Positions 35,643-46,008 of a stretch of 64,000 nt of DNA are shown here, one piece after another (position 1 is the first letter of the stretch; every line of letters begins with the position of its first letter). The stretch is taken from the IMG/VR virus record IMGVR_UViG_3300032241_000856. One strand, written 5' to 3'. Made by a program: the position numbers and the translations under genes. The stretch comes from an uncultured virus (IMG/VR IMGVR_UViG_3300032241_000856) (taxonomy: Duplodnaviria > Heunggongvirae > Uroviricota > Caudoviricetes). Below the pieces are notes generated by a model. The model saw only the letters and a list, made by a program, of their open reading frames with translations, searched no databases and was not told the DNA's origin.

Positions 35643-38600
35643 TTATAGTCCTAGTGCTTTAATAGCACCAGTGTTTTCTAGTCGAATTGGAATATAAATG
35701 AATTCTACTGATTTTACTGGTTCAACAGCAATATCTAAATACAACTCATTTCGATCAATTCTACTAGGTGTGTTATTTGTTGTGTCACATACTACAACAT
35801 AGTCATAAAGAGCACGTTGTCCTACTAACTCTAATAGTAAACTTTCAGCTTGACCCTTGATTGAATCTCTTGTGATTTTATCATTTGGTTCAAACACATA
35901 TGGTTTAGCTAGTGCATTAAACTGTTGACGTAAGTAAATTACTAGACGAGCTACGTTAATTCTATCTAAAGAACTTGCAACGCTAGCACGAGTGTATTGA
36001 CCATAGTTAACTAGTCCAACACCACGTAAGTAAGTTAAAGCGTTAACTTTAATACTTGCTAATGTATCACGTTGTCCAGTATTAAATGCAACTGATTGGA
36101 ATTCTCCAGTAATTGCATCAACATATCCTACTGCTGTAGCATTTGTAATACCACCACGACGAACACCAGCTGGTGCAAACCATGGATAAGAAACGTTATC
36201 GCTTAATGCAATTGTGCGCAACATCATGTGACTTGGAGGAACTACAATGTTGTTACCAATTAAGTCAGTTGAGTAACCCCATGGATAGAATACACCTAAA
36301 TAATCATCAAATGTAACTAAACCACTGTCACCGTCAACTAATGCGCCACCGTTATTGTTACCCCAGTTGCTTAATGTTGTAGCATCTGGTGTTAGGCGAG
36401 CAGGAGCATCAGCAACTACAAACGCTGAAATTCCACGATCGTAGTTTAAAGTAACCATATCGCCGATAACTTCAGGATATCCTGGAGTAGCAATTAAGTT
36501 AAACACGCGAGATTCTTCGTCACGTATTTGTTGATTAGCTTGTAACAATGCACCTAGTGCTTGCAATACAACTTGACGTTGTGCAATACGTCCAAATGAG
36601 CCTGCACCGTCATTTTGATTGGCGGCAGCGCTGACCCAACGATCTGGGAAGTATGTTGACATATTATCACCAGATGGTAAATTATAACGGTAGTTGATAC
36701 CGGTAGTATTTACATAGTTTGCGTGATATTTCTTAACGTTGAATCCTGAACGACGTAGATTCCATAACAACATACCTTGTGGATATAGTGCAGGATCTGG
36801 TGCATCAAAGTCTAGGAAGTTGCTAGTTAACAAGGCAGCAATAGTGCCAGGAGTTGAGCTTGCACCGTTTGTTGTCCAACGTGCGTCTGCAAACAAAATA
36901 CCGTTTGGTGTAGTTTGATCTGCTGTATCAATTGGCACCCATTGTTTTGTATTAGCATTATATCGATTAATTTGCGGATACATGTCTAAATCGCCTGATG
37001 TATTAATCCACAAATCTCCAGTTACAAATGCTGGCTGTCCATCTGGTCTAGCTGTCGGTTGTGTAGCACTAATGATAGGACCATTAGCATCTGTTACGCC
37101 AAGATATGGACTGCTGTGTGTAGATGTTCCGTTACCCATGAATTGTAACCCAACCCATGTATAACCATTATGCACTAGAATATCTGCATCAATGTTGCTG
37201 TCATACCACAATGTTCCATCTGCTGGAAGTGTAGTAGGAGCTGTTGGGCTTAGTGCAAACAAACCTACACCGCTAACTGTGCTAGTCCATAGTGAACCAA
37301 CTAAACGAGTGTTGTCTGCAGGGTATAATGGTGAATGAGCAACATTTGTTGAAGCAAAATCATTAAAGTTAATGCCTACCATGTTTTGTATGCTAATGTC
37401 ACCCCCATTCTTGTGTGTTATTGTAACAGCACCAGTTGTTTGGTTTACGCTAGCTGTAATATATTGGAAGCCAGCGGCGCCGATTGCATTACCAATTGCA
37501 TTACCTGTTGTAACAGGACTTGTTACAGCAGTAATTCCAGATATATTAATTAAATTACTTTCGCTAGCTGACGCACTGGCTGCACCTGGTAAAGTTTCCT
37601 TCATACCAAATGATATAGCACCACTAGTTGGTAATATGTTTAGCGTAATGCTAGTTGCACCGACAGCTTGACGTGCATATACTAAGAATTGAACTGCACT
37701 TGTTGTAGGATCTTGGAAGTATCTTACATAAACTGTTCCTAGTGCTAGATTAATACCACCGCCAGTTGGATCTAAACTATACAATGCTGTATGATTGTCT
37801 GGATATAGATTAGAACTAATCTGTGCCCATGCTTTTGTAGAAGCACTGTATTTCTTAACGACCCAGTTTGCTCCTAAGTTAGGATATGTTGTTTTAATCC
37901 ATACGCTACCGCTAGGTGTTCCATTTGGATTTGCTGTTGAAGCTTGCCACTGTGGAACTTGTGTGTGCGGGCTTAATTGTAATTCTAAATCAATATAACT
38001 GATACCCATTGCTACAGGAGAACCTAAACTACCAGTTAAAGAACTTGCACTTAATGTCCATAAACTTCCTGAACCACCTGTAATAGTAGCTGAGTTAGCA
38101 CCGTTATTCCAGGTAACAGTTTCACCTACCATGATACTGCCACCAAATACGCTACCTACAACGTGTAGTTGGTTTCCAGAACCAGGAACGCCGGCTGCCG
38201 TAAATGTTAGTCCAGATGGTGCGCCGCCTACTGTTGTAATAGCACTGCCGTTTGATACAGCAGATAATGTAAATGTTGTTGAACCGTTAGTTGAAATAAC
38301 ATAATAAGTTTTTGGATTAGTGTAACCTGTAATGCTCGGTGCTTGTAGACTAAATGTATATCCTACAAATAAACCGTTAGTTGTTGTAACTGCTAAACCA
38401 CCAAAACTTGATGATAATGTAAATGTAGTTGTGCCATTAGTTGCAGTAATGTAATAAGTTGTAGGATTACTGTAACCTGCAATCGAACCTGAACCGGCAA
38501 CTACACCAGCTGTAATTGCACCAACTGTTGTTGTTATTGCATTGCCGCCTAATGTAGATGACAATGTAAATGTAGTTGTGCCGTTAGTTGCTGTAATGTA

Positions 38601-39959
38601 ATAAGTAGCTGGGCTTGAATAACCGCTAATTGTTGCGGCGCCGGCTACAATAGTAGCGCCTGTTAATGTTCCAGCAGTAGTTGTAATATTTGGACCACCA
38701 CTAGTTGCAGACAATTGGAATGTTGTTGTTCCGTTTGTAGCAATAATATAATAAGTTGTTGGGTTAGAATAACCTGTAATCGTTACACCGCTTAATGTTC
38801 CGCTAATTGTAATTGTTTGACCAATTTGCAATGTAGTTGCAGAAGCAGACCCCATTGTAAAGTTACCACCAGTAGCAACTGTTACAGATCCTGTTAGTGT
38901 AGTAGATGTGTTACTACCTGTAAATGTAACTGGTTGTCCAACTGCTAAGGTTGTAGATGAACAACTAAATGTTCCAGTTAGTCCTGTAGATAATACGTTG
39001 CTTAGTGTAGATGTTGATGCAGTTCCAGATACAACAATTTGTTGGCCAACTTGGAAAGCACCGCTTGGAACTGTGAATGTTCCTGCTGTGCTAGATGCAG
39101 TTACTGATGTAACTGGAGTATTTGAATTGCTAATTGTTCCGCTGATTGTAATCTGTTGACCCACTGCAAATGTCGATGCAGACGAAGTAAACGTTCCAGC
39201 ATTACCTGTAATATTCACGTTTGACAAAGTAGCTGGAGAAGGGTTATTATCAATATAACCATTAAATGTCAACGTTTGATCGCCCGACCATGCTGTTGTG
39301 CCTAATTCATTCCACACACCATTTGACTTATTCCAAATTGTAACGTCGGTTGTAACTGCTACAACTGCAAAATCACCATTAGAACCAACTGAAGGTAAAA
39401 TACCTGTAAAACTCAATACTGTAGTTCCGCTTAGGGTAACGCCTGACAATAATGTGTAGTCTGTAATAACTCTAGGAATCGCATTAACAAACTGTTGTGT
39501 AGTATTGTTCCATACAAAAATACCGTAGTTAGTGTCTGCGGTATCTACCCAGAATGTGCCGTCAATTGGTGCACCGGCTGGGGCTGTTGGAGTTGCTACA
39601 AGTTGGCTTGTATCGATATCTGCACGAACTACATAAGCACGATTACTAACACCTAAGTAGCTGTAAGCGGCTTGCAAGCCATATTCGTTTAATTCTCCAG
39701 CGTGAACTGGGTTATTTTCTGCATCAGTTTGGAAGTAAGGAATACCAAAGTTGTCTGATAAATCTTTTTGGCTTGTTAACAAATATACTTGTCCAGCGTT
39801 AGATTTTAATGTTCCCGGTGCAATGCCAGTGCCTGCTCCATTTTGTTTATTTTCCTGTGAAGCAACAACGATAAGGGGAACTGTTCCCGGAGCAGCCGGA
39901 GTATAAAAACTCTCGTCTACAACTGTTACTGCAACGCCTGGTGAATTAAGTGTAGCCAT
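35643..39959 (-). CDS. gp18: Contractile tail sheath protein with large internal insertions
   Basis: LNSPGV-V-DES N-terminus; PWFAPAG-RRG, LDRINVARL, FEPND, PVKSVEFIYIP C-terminus; 1438 aa. Confidence 0.93.
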   Translation of the reverse strand: MATLNSPGVAVTVVDESFYTPAAPGTVPLIVVASQENKQNGAGTGIAPGTLKSNAGQVYLLTSQKDLSDNFGIPYFQTDAENNPVHAGELNEYGLQAAYSYLGVSNRAYVVRADIDTSQLVATPTAPAGAPIDGTFWVDTADTNYGIFVWNNTTQQFVNAIPRVITDYTLLSGVTLSGTTVLSFTGILPSVGSNGDFAVVAVTTDVTIWNKSNGVWNELGTTAWSGDQTLTFNGYIDNNPSPATLSNVNITGNAGTFTSSASTFAVGQQITISGTISNSNTPVTSVTASSTAGTFTVPSGAFQVGQQIVVSGTASTSTLSNVLSTGLTGTFSCSSTTLAVGQPVTFTGSNTSTTLTGSVTVATGGNFTMGSASATTLQIGQTITISGTLSGVTITGYSNPTTYYIIATNGTTTFQLSATSGGPNITTTAGTLTGATIVAGAATISGYSSPATYYITATNGTTTFTLSSTLGGNAITTTVGAITAGVVAGSGSIAGYSNPTTYYITATNGTTTFTLSSSFGGLAVTTTNGLFVGYTFSLQAPSITGYTNPKTYYVISTNGSTTFTLSAVSNGSAITTVGGAPSGLTFTAAGVPGSGNQLHVVGSVFGGSIMVGETVTWNNGANSATITGGSGSLWTLSASSLTGSLGSPVAMGISYIDLELQLSPHTQVPQWQASTANPNGTPSGSVWIKTTYPNLGANWVVKKYSASTKAWAQISSNLYPDNHTALYSLDPTGGGINLALGTVYVRYFQDPTTSAVQFLVYARQAVGATSITLNILPTSGAISFGMKETLPGAASASASESNLINISGITAVTSPVTTGNAIGNAIGAAGFQYITASVNQTTGAVTITHKNGGDISIQNMVGINFNDFASTNVAHSPLYPADNTRLVGSLWTSTVSGVGLFALSPTAPTTLPADGTLWYDSNIDADILVHNGYTWVGLQFMGNGTSTHSSPYLGVTDANGPIISATQPTARPDGQPAFVTGDLWINTSGDLDMYPQINRYNANTKQWVPIDTADQTTPNGILFADARWTTNGASSTPGTIAALLTSNFLDFDAPDPALYPQGMLLWNLRRSGFNVKKYHANYVNTTGINYRYNLPSGDNMSTYFPDRWVSAAANQNDGAGSFGRIAQRQVVLQALGALLQANQQIRDEESRVFNLIATPGYPEVIGDMVTLNYDRGISAFVVADAPARLTPDATTLSNWGNNNGGALVDGDSGLVTFDDYLGVFYPWGYSTDLIGNNIVVPPSHMMLRTIALSDNVSYPWFAPAGVRRGGITNATAVGYVDAITGEFQSVAFNTGQRDTLASIKVNALTYLRGVGLVNYGQYTRASVASSLDRINVARLVIYLRQQFNALAKPYVFEPNDKITRDSIKGQAESLLLELVGQRALYDYVVVCDTTNNTPSRIDRNELYLDIAVEPVKSVEFIYIPIRLENTGAIKALGL

Positions 39960-40064
39960 TTATGTAATCTCCATGAATACGATTTCTAATTGTATTTATA
40001 GGATTTTGGCTTTTTGCTGTGCATATCAGCTAAGAAAAGGTTCTAAAAAGGCTTAAATATTTAC

Positions 40065-40391
40065 ATGAGACCACTATGTTCATGCGGATTAAGACCGGTT
40101 GCTGTTAATTATTACAAAAACGGCAAGCCATATTATCGACGCCATTGCGGCGCTTGTGATCGAGGAGTTAAACTACCTCGTTGGGTTACTAGCGGATATA
40201 AACCAAAGAGTTCTTGTGATAAGTGCGGATTTAGATCACCTCATGCAGAGGTGTTTAATGTCTTTCATGTAGACGGTGATTTAAACAATTGTCGTCATAC
40301 TAATCTCAAGACTGTGTGTGCAAATTGTCAACGAGTCCTTCATAAAGAGGGAGTTCGTTGGAAGCAGGGCGACCTAGTGCCTGATTTATAA
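40065..40391 (+). CDS. Zn-binding HNH-like protein
   Basis: CSC, CGAC, CDKCGF, HVDGDLNN-NL-TVCANC. Confidence 0.75.
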   Translation: MRPLCSCGLRPVAVNYYKNGKPYYRRHCGACDRGVKLPRWVTSGYKPKSSCDKCGFRSPHAEVFNVFHVDGDLNNCRHTNLKTVCANCQRVLHKEGVRWKQGDLVPDL

Positions 40392-41010
40392 CACTCTTAA
40401 TTTGATTATACAAGTCGTCAATAGTTTCATTATTATCCAATACGTAGTCAAATTTGGTGCCAACCCAAGCAGTTTCGCTAGCATGAATACCTAGTTTTTG
40501 CATACGAGTTTTAGCCAGCATCCAATTCATACAATGTTCGCCGGCATTCATATCTGCGGCGTCTCGATACCATTCAGGCTCGGGCCCACGTTTTACACGA
40601 ATAACAATCCCGCCAGCATCTTTAATTGATTTAATCTCGTTAGGAAAACGGCAGTCACTAATGACTATGTCATCTTTTGAGTTGCGTAGTTTATTCTCTA
40701 AGCTAGCAATCCACATGTCATCGTGGAAGCCATTACGACAAACTTCAGTGCCCCAGTGTTGTAGCACCCAACGTGGTGTTAAATGTGGCATGTTTAAGCG
40801 TTCTGCCCACCATGTATCTACTTGTTCGCGCCAATCACGGGCTTGTTTTGTGCGTCCTTCTAGCATGGTTCTGTCCCAACCAAACACCATACTGACAGCA
40901 TCTTTTAAACTGTTAGCAAAACTTTCGCGTCTAAAACCGTGAAAATTAGTCAAATAATCGGCAATAGTATCTTTGCCAGAACCAATAAAACCGCACACAC
41001 CTATAATCAT
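40306..41010 (-). CDS. Deoxynucleoside monophosphate kinase (T4 gp1-like)
   Basis: GFIGSGKDT, SFA-LKD, PRWVLQHWGTE, DCRFPNE, HASE; GGAGG RBS puts the start at 41010; TTGACC-17-TATACT upstream. Confidence 0.9.
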   Translation of the reverse strand: MIIGVCGFIGSGKDTIADYLTNFHGFRRESFANSLKDAVSMVFGWDRTMLEGRTKQARDWREQVDTWWAERLNMPHLTPRWVLQHWGTEVCRNGFHDDMWIASLENKLRNSKDDIVISDCRFPNEIKSIKDAGGIVIRVKRGPEPEWYRDAADMNAGEHCMNWMLAKTRMQKLGIHASETAWVGTKFDYVLDNNETIDDLYNQIKSVINQALGRPASNELPLYEGLVDNLHTQS

Positions 41011-41056
41011 AGAACCTCCAGGATATGACATAGTATATAACAGTTTTGTTACAAGG

Positions 41057-42256
41057 TCAAGAAATTTTTAGCCAATATGGGTTTGCACTACTAGCTTGTT
41101 GATTTATAATATATTCAGTCAACAATAAACTTGTAACAATATACGAATTTAATAATGTTAAATTTAATGAAGTTGTTGCTGTTATATAGATTCTATCACT
41201 ATCGACGAATAAATTAAAATCTAACCCTGGCGTTGCTTTGAGAAAACTTGCTACTACAGAGACTAATACAGAAGTATTAATAGGAGTTCCATTTATAATT
41301 ACAACATTAGGAGTATCTACTAATATAAATTCATCGTTTTCTTTTGAAAACACAGAATTAGTAATTACATCAGTAGTGTCTGGCAATCTTATTGTTAAGA
41401 AATTTCCGGGTCCAAGATACACACCAAAAAAGTTATCTAAACATTTGTTGTTTAATAGCACCGGGCCAAGAGTTTCTAAAGTTTCAAATATAGGTTGGTT
41501 ATCAAACCCATTTTGCATATTATGTGTAATATTTTTTAATTGTAAAATATTTTTTACATTATTTCCAATATCAACTACAAAATAATGTGTTGCACAATAT
41601 TTTATAACTGGTAAAATATAAGAAGCTGGACTAAAATTTAAATGAAATCCGGTAGTATGCAAACAAGAATCATTGTCTTTTAAATTATAAAGTTTTGCAT
41701 TTCTTTCTAGTAAGTCATACACATATTGATGACTATGTTCTATTATTTTAGGAATACCATCTGTCATTCTATAAAATAATTTTGATTCAGGAGTTGCTAA
41801 AAATACATCTGTATGCTCATCTGGTCTAGTAAGCGGCGATCTATAAAAACTATAAACACCGACGTGAATAGGATCAACATTATACGGTCCTAAATTCTTA
41901 GCTAATGTTCCATACGGCCAAACAATTACGTGATCAATTTTTCCATAACCATTTAGTTTGTTTACTAAACTCTCAGAATTGTTTATGTTGATTTGATCTA
42001 AAAATACAAAGCCCATGCCTAGTTCTGAACAGGCAATAAACCAAATTAAAAAATGTGGCCAAGCATTTTCACATAATAATACTTTTTGCCCTGCTTGGGC
42101 GTTTCTTTCATTGATTAAATATGTCTTAGCGCAGTCAATATCAAAAGTAATTTCATTGTAAGATTTTATAACGTTTTGTATTGACCCGTCGGCATGTGTT
42201 ATTGAACTTTCAATTGACAAATTTGGATTTAATATCTCTCTAGTAATTACTGACAT
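41057..42256 (-). CDS. Degenerate AMP-binding/adenylation-like protein
   Basis: GQKVLL, FIACSELG, MTDGIPKIIEHSH resemble eroded ANL-family motifs. Confidence 0.45.
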   Translation of the reverse strand: MSVITREILNPNLSIESSITHADGSIQNVIKSYNEITFDIDCAKTYLINERNAQAGQKVLLCENAWPHFLIWFIACSELGMGFVFLDQININNSESLVNKLNGYGKIDHVIVWPYGTLAKNLGPYNVDPIHVGVYSFYRSPLTRPDEHTDVFLATPESKLFYRMTDGIPKIIEHSHQYVYDLLERNAKLYNLKDNDSCLHTTGFHLNFSPASYILPVIKYCATHYFVVDIGNNVKNILQLKNITHNMQNGFDNQPIFETLETLGPVLLNNKCLDNFFGVYLGPGNFLTIRLPDTTDVITNSVFSKENDEFILVDTPNVVIINGTPINTSVLVSVVASFLKATPGLDFNLFVDSDRIYITATTSLNLTLLNSYIVTSLLLTEYIINQQASSANPYWLKIS

Positions 42257-42260
42257 ATTA

Positions 42261-43049
42261 TTATCCTAATACAAACGTATATGGTATACCGCCTGCTTCT
42301 AAGTTTTGTAAATCTTTAGTAAGCTGTGTCATTTCTTCTTTACTTTCTGCTATCAATGCAGTTCCGTTAAGGGTAATAGGCGATCCTGGACCAGCAATTG
42401 ATCCAAATTTGCTACGTGCTTGTCCTAGTATTTGTTTGGCTACTGCAAGTGCATAATCCCTTAACCATTGCTTTGCATAAATGTCTTGCAATAACACCCA
42501 GTCAGGACGATAGTTGTAGGTTCTTAGCAATACCTGTTCGCCTTGGGCAAATGGTCTTTGTAGGATATCTAAAATGTGACTTGTTCTTTTCCAGTTATAT
42601 TCAATATAACTACCAAACATACGTCCTACTAGCTTTTGATAGCCGGCAAACATCTCATAAGTTGCCAATCCGCCCATCATGCTACCAGACATCATGTATG
42701 TGTTAGTGTAGGCCAAGTTAAACGGCTCGAATAGTGTTCCGCCAGCGCCTAGACCACTTCTAGAACCAATAGCTCTACGAAATACTTCGCGGACTTCGAT
42801 AATTTCATCTGGTAAACGATATTCGTTTTGATCTTGTATAAGCTCTAAAAAGCTGTAACTTTCCTCAACAGCGTTTGAGCTTTTTTGACGATAAAGTGTA
42901 AGAGCTCTATCTAGTGCTAACTCGTAGTGCGCAGGATCTAATTCTACATCAATCATACCGTCGCCAAGCATGGTCTTTATGTAGGCAAAGACTGCATTTC
43001 GTTCGGTTGTAGAATCAGTAGTGTTATTTGTAGGTAGCGAATCAGCCAT
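42261..43049 (-). CDS. gp13: Neck protein (T4 gp13-like)
   Basis: LG-GMIDVELD, W-RDY-LA-K-LG-ARSKF, LNG. Confidence 0.85.
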   Translation of the reverse strand: MADSLPTNNTTDSTTERNAVFAYIKTMLGDGMIDVELDPAHYELALDRALTLYRQKSSNAVEESYSFLELIQDQNEYRLPDEIIEVREVFRRAIGSRSGLGAGGTLFEPFNLAYTNTYMMSGSMMGGLATYEMFAGYQKLVGRMFGSYIEYNWKRTSHILDILQRPFAQGEQVLLRTYNYRPDWVLLQDIYAKQWLRDYALAVAKQILGQARSKFGSIAGPGSPITLNGTALIAESKEEMTQLTKDLQNLEAGGIPYTFVLG

Positions 43050-43090
43050 TTTTTACTCTCCTAGTATATTTAGCTTACGATAAATATCAT

Positions 43091-44551
43091 ATGCCAAGAC
43101 TATCTTTATACAAGCCAGAATACGGGCTTGATTACAACTTTATAGATCGCCAAGTTAGCGAAATGTTCCAAGCAGGCGGAACTGATGTATATCTGCACAA
43201 ATATCTAGGTGCTAATACAGCCCAGGCAAATGCCACCGCTGATCAGCCTAATTACGCACAAACTTCTATTACAAATATTCAAGACTTACTACTTTTAGAA
43301 AATCGTGATAGAACTTACGACACGCAAGTATACAGAATTAGAGGTTTGTATAATGTTCAGCAAAGTGAATTTAGTCTAAGTCAATTTGGATTGTTTATTG
43401 ATAACGACACTATATTTTTAGAAATTCATATTAACGATTTTATCAAGTATATCGGACGTAAACCTATTAACGGTGATGTTATAGAACTTCCGCATTTGCG
43501 AGATGATTTTGCACTTAACAATCTCAGTTTTGCGTTGCCTAGATACTATGTAGTCGATGATGTAGGTCGTTCATCGGGCGGTTTTAGTGTAACTTGGCAA
43601 CCACATTTGTATAGATTACGTTGTAAGAAAGTCACTGACAGTCAACAATTTGCCAGCATCTTTAATCAACCAGCTACTGATGCTAATGGGGATCCGGTAG
43701 CAAATACTACATTGTTAGACATTCTCAGCACACAAAATACAGCACTATCTATTAATGATGCTGTTGTAAATCAAGCTGAAGCCGATGCCGCAAAAAGTGG
43801 TTATGAAACTAGACAGTTTTATACACTTGCTGTCGATCCTAATACCGGCAAACCAGTTTTAGAAACTGCCGATCAATCAACATTAGATGCTAGCAATGCT
43901 AGCAATATCAATGCTGCCGCAGTAAATGGTGTGCCTGTTAGAACAGGATATACTGGATACCTAGTGGGTGATGGCTTTCCGGTTAACGGATATGCGTTTG
44001 GATTTGGAATACAATTTCCAAACAACCCGGCAGACAATGATTTTTATCTAAGAGTAGACTTTTTACCAAACAGATTATTTAGATATGACATTCAAGTTAA
44101 CGGATGGGTAGTTGTTGAAGATGCAGTGCGTATGAATATGACTAACAATGATACACGATCTACTCTTAAAACAAGTTTCATTAATAATAGTGATTACATT
44201 TATGATGATTCAGTTGCTGTTGATTATATTGAATTAACTGTTGGGCAAACACAAATTAATACCAGCATCTCATATCAAACTGGATTGTATGTAGTGTTGA
44301 AATATCAAACAACGATACTTGCTTATGTTGTTGCAGACTATCCTGCTACTTCATCTCCTGCTTATTCAGGTATATTAGTTAACAACTCTGGTCATTTACA
44401 AATAAATCTTCCAACGATACCAGATGTAAATAATAACCCAGTCCAACAGACAATCCCTTATGCAGGGCAATGGACTATCAATATATGCAACAACAGAGAA
44501 GCTCAGAGACAAAGTTTGTCAACAGCTCTTAGACCTAAGGCGGATTTTTAA
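43091..44551 (+). CDS. gp14: Neck protein (T4 gp14-like) with C-terminal extension
   Basis: LLENRDR-YD, LSQFGLF, GDVIELPH, W-PHLYR. Confidence 0.75.
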   Translation: MPRLSLYKPEYGLDYNFIDRQVSEMFQAGGTDVYLHKYLGANTAQANATADQPNYAQTSITNIQDLLLLENRDRTYDTQVYRIRGLYNVQQSEFSLSQFGLFIDNDTIFLEIHINDFIKYIGRKPINGDVIELPHLRDDFALNNLSFALPRYYVVDDVGRSSGGFSVTWQPHLYRLRCKKVTDSQQFASIFNQPATDANGDPVANTTLLDILSTQNTALSINDAVVNQAEADAAKSGYETRQFYTLAVDPNTGKPVLETADQSTLDASNASNINAAAVNGVPVRTGYTGYLVGDGFPVNGYAFGFGIQFPNNPADNDFYLRVDFLPNRLFRYDIQVNGWVVVEDAVRMNMTNNDTRSTLKTSFINNSDYIYDDSVAVDYIELTVGQTQINTSISYQTGLYVVLKYQTTILAYVVADYPATSSPAYSGILVNNSGHLQINLPTIPDVNNNPVQQTIPYAGQWTINICNNREAQRQSLSTALRPKADF

Positions 44552-46008
44552 TGCAATTCTTTTATGATGGACAGATTAGACGTTACTTAACACAGACAAT
44601 TCGTGTATTAAGTAATTTTGTAGTCAAATACGGAGACGGAACACTAGTTCGCGTTCCAGTAATGTATGGCGATAGCGATCGTCAAGTTGGATCTATTATT
44701 AGTCAAAACTCAGCTAATACAGTAGCATCGGTTCCCCGTATTGCAGTTTATATTTCTGGATTAGATATTGACCACAGTAGACTAGGTGATGCTTCTTATG
44801 TTGGTAAACTAAACTTTAGAGAAAGGGATATACAAGTTGATAACGGCCAGCAAACTTACAATCAAGCTCAAGGTAAAAATTATACTGTAGAAAGATTAAT
44901 GCCGACTCCGTTTAAACTTTCTATGAAGTGTGATATCTGGAGTTCTAGCACTGAACAAAAATTACAGATTCTAGAACAAATTATGGTGCTGTTTAATCCT
45001 AGTTTAGAAATACAAACAACTGACAACTATATTGATTGGACAAGTTTAAGTGTTTTAAATTTAAGTTCAGTAAATTGGAGTAGCAGACAAGTTCCAGTGG
45101 GCACAGAGAATCCAATTGATATTGCTACTCTTACATTTGATAGCCCTATATGGATCAGTCCTCCGGTTAAGGTCAAACATCTTGGTGTTATTACTAAGAT
45201 TATTACTAGCATCTATAATAACTATCAAACAGATTCTGATAGCTATGTGCAAGGGCTTGGAGAACCGTTAACTACTGGAACATCTTTTTTATCAGATTTA
45301 CTAAGCCAAGAAGTTACTACTGTATCAGATTATATTATTCAAATATACAATGGTGAAGCTATACTGCTGACCAGCAATGAAGGGTATACTCCAAGAGAGC
45401 CAACTTTAGATATACCCACACGTGGTGGTTCTGCCGCTATCAACTGGCATGATTTATTCGACCGTTATCCAGGAAAATACATAGCAGGATCAAGCATGTT
45501 GTATTTGACTCAACCTAATGGAACTGAAGTAGTAGGAACATTTGCTATTAATCCGTTAGATTCAACTAGATTAAATGTAACATACTTTGCAGATACCCTT
45601 GTTCCTAATACTGGCATTGACAGCAATGGCTATTTAGATACTAATCAAAGCTACAATGCGGCTGCTAGCTATCGCCCATCTAGCCCTGGAACATTTGATG
45701 CTATTGTAAACCCGCAAACTTATAATCCAGGAACACCTAGTGTTGGTTTAAGATTATTAATAATTGAAGATACAGGAAGTGCAGGGCATACTACAGAAGC
45801 ATGGGGATCTTTAGTTGCAAAGGCTAACGATATTATAGAGTGGACTGGTAGCCAATGGCATGTAATATTTGATTACACCCAATTCTCAGATACCATGGTA
45901 TGGCAGACGAATATATACACAGGAGTTCAATACCTTTGGAATGGTATCCAATGGGTCAAGAGTTTCGAAGGTGAGTATACGTCAAGCCAATGGAGAATCG
46001 TTCTTTAA
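44551..46008 (+). CDS. gp15: Tail terminator/sheath stabiliser (T4 gp15-like) with C-terminal extension
   Basis: FFYDGQIRRY, VPVMYG, PTPF, QILEQI-LFNPS. Confidence 0.82.
   Translation: MQFFYDGQIRRYLTQTIRVLSNFVVKYGDGTLVRVPVMYGDSDRQVGSIISQNSANTVASVPRIAVYISGLDIDHSRLGDASYVGKLNFRERDIQVDNGQQTYNQAQGKNYTVERLMPTPFKLSMKCDIWSSSTEQKLQILEQIMVLFNPSLEIQTTDNYIDWTSLSVLNLSSVNWSSRQVPVGTENPIDIATLTFDSPIWISPPVKVKHLGVITKIITSIYNNYQTDSDSYVQGLGEPLTTGTSFLSDLLSQEVTTVSDYIIQIYNGEAILLTSNEGYTPREPTLDIPTRGGSAAINWHDLFDRYPGKYIAGSSMLYLTQPNGTEVVGTFAINPLDSTRLNVTYFADTLVPNTGIDSNGYLDTNQSYNAAASYRPSSPGTFDAIVNPQTYNPGTPSVGLRLLIIEDTGSAGHTTEAWGSLVAKANDIIEWTGSQWHVIFDYTQFSDTMVWQTNIYTGVQYLWNGIQWVKSFEGEYTSSQWRIVL

Noticed and set aside
36982..39159. 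Plus-strand ORFs inside the sheath gene
   Set aside because: Antisense shadows of Thr/Gly/Ser-rich coding sequence.
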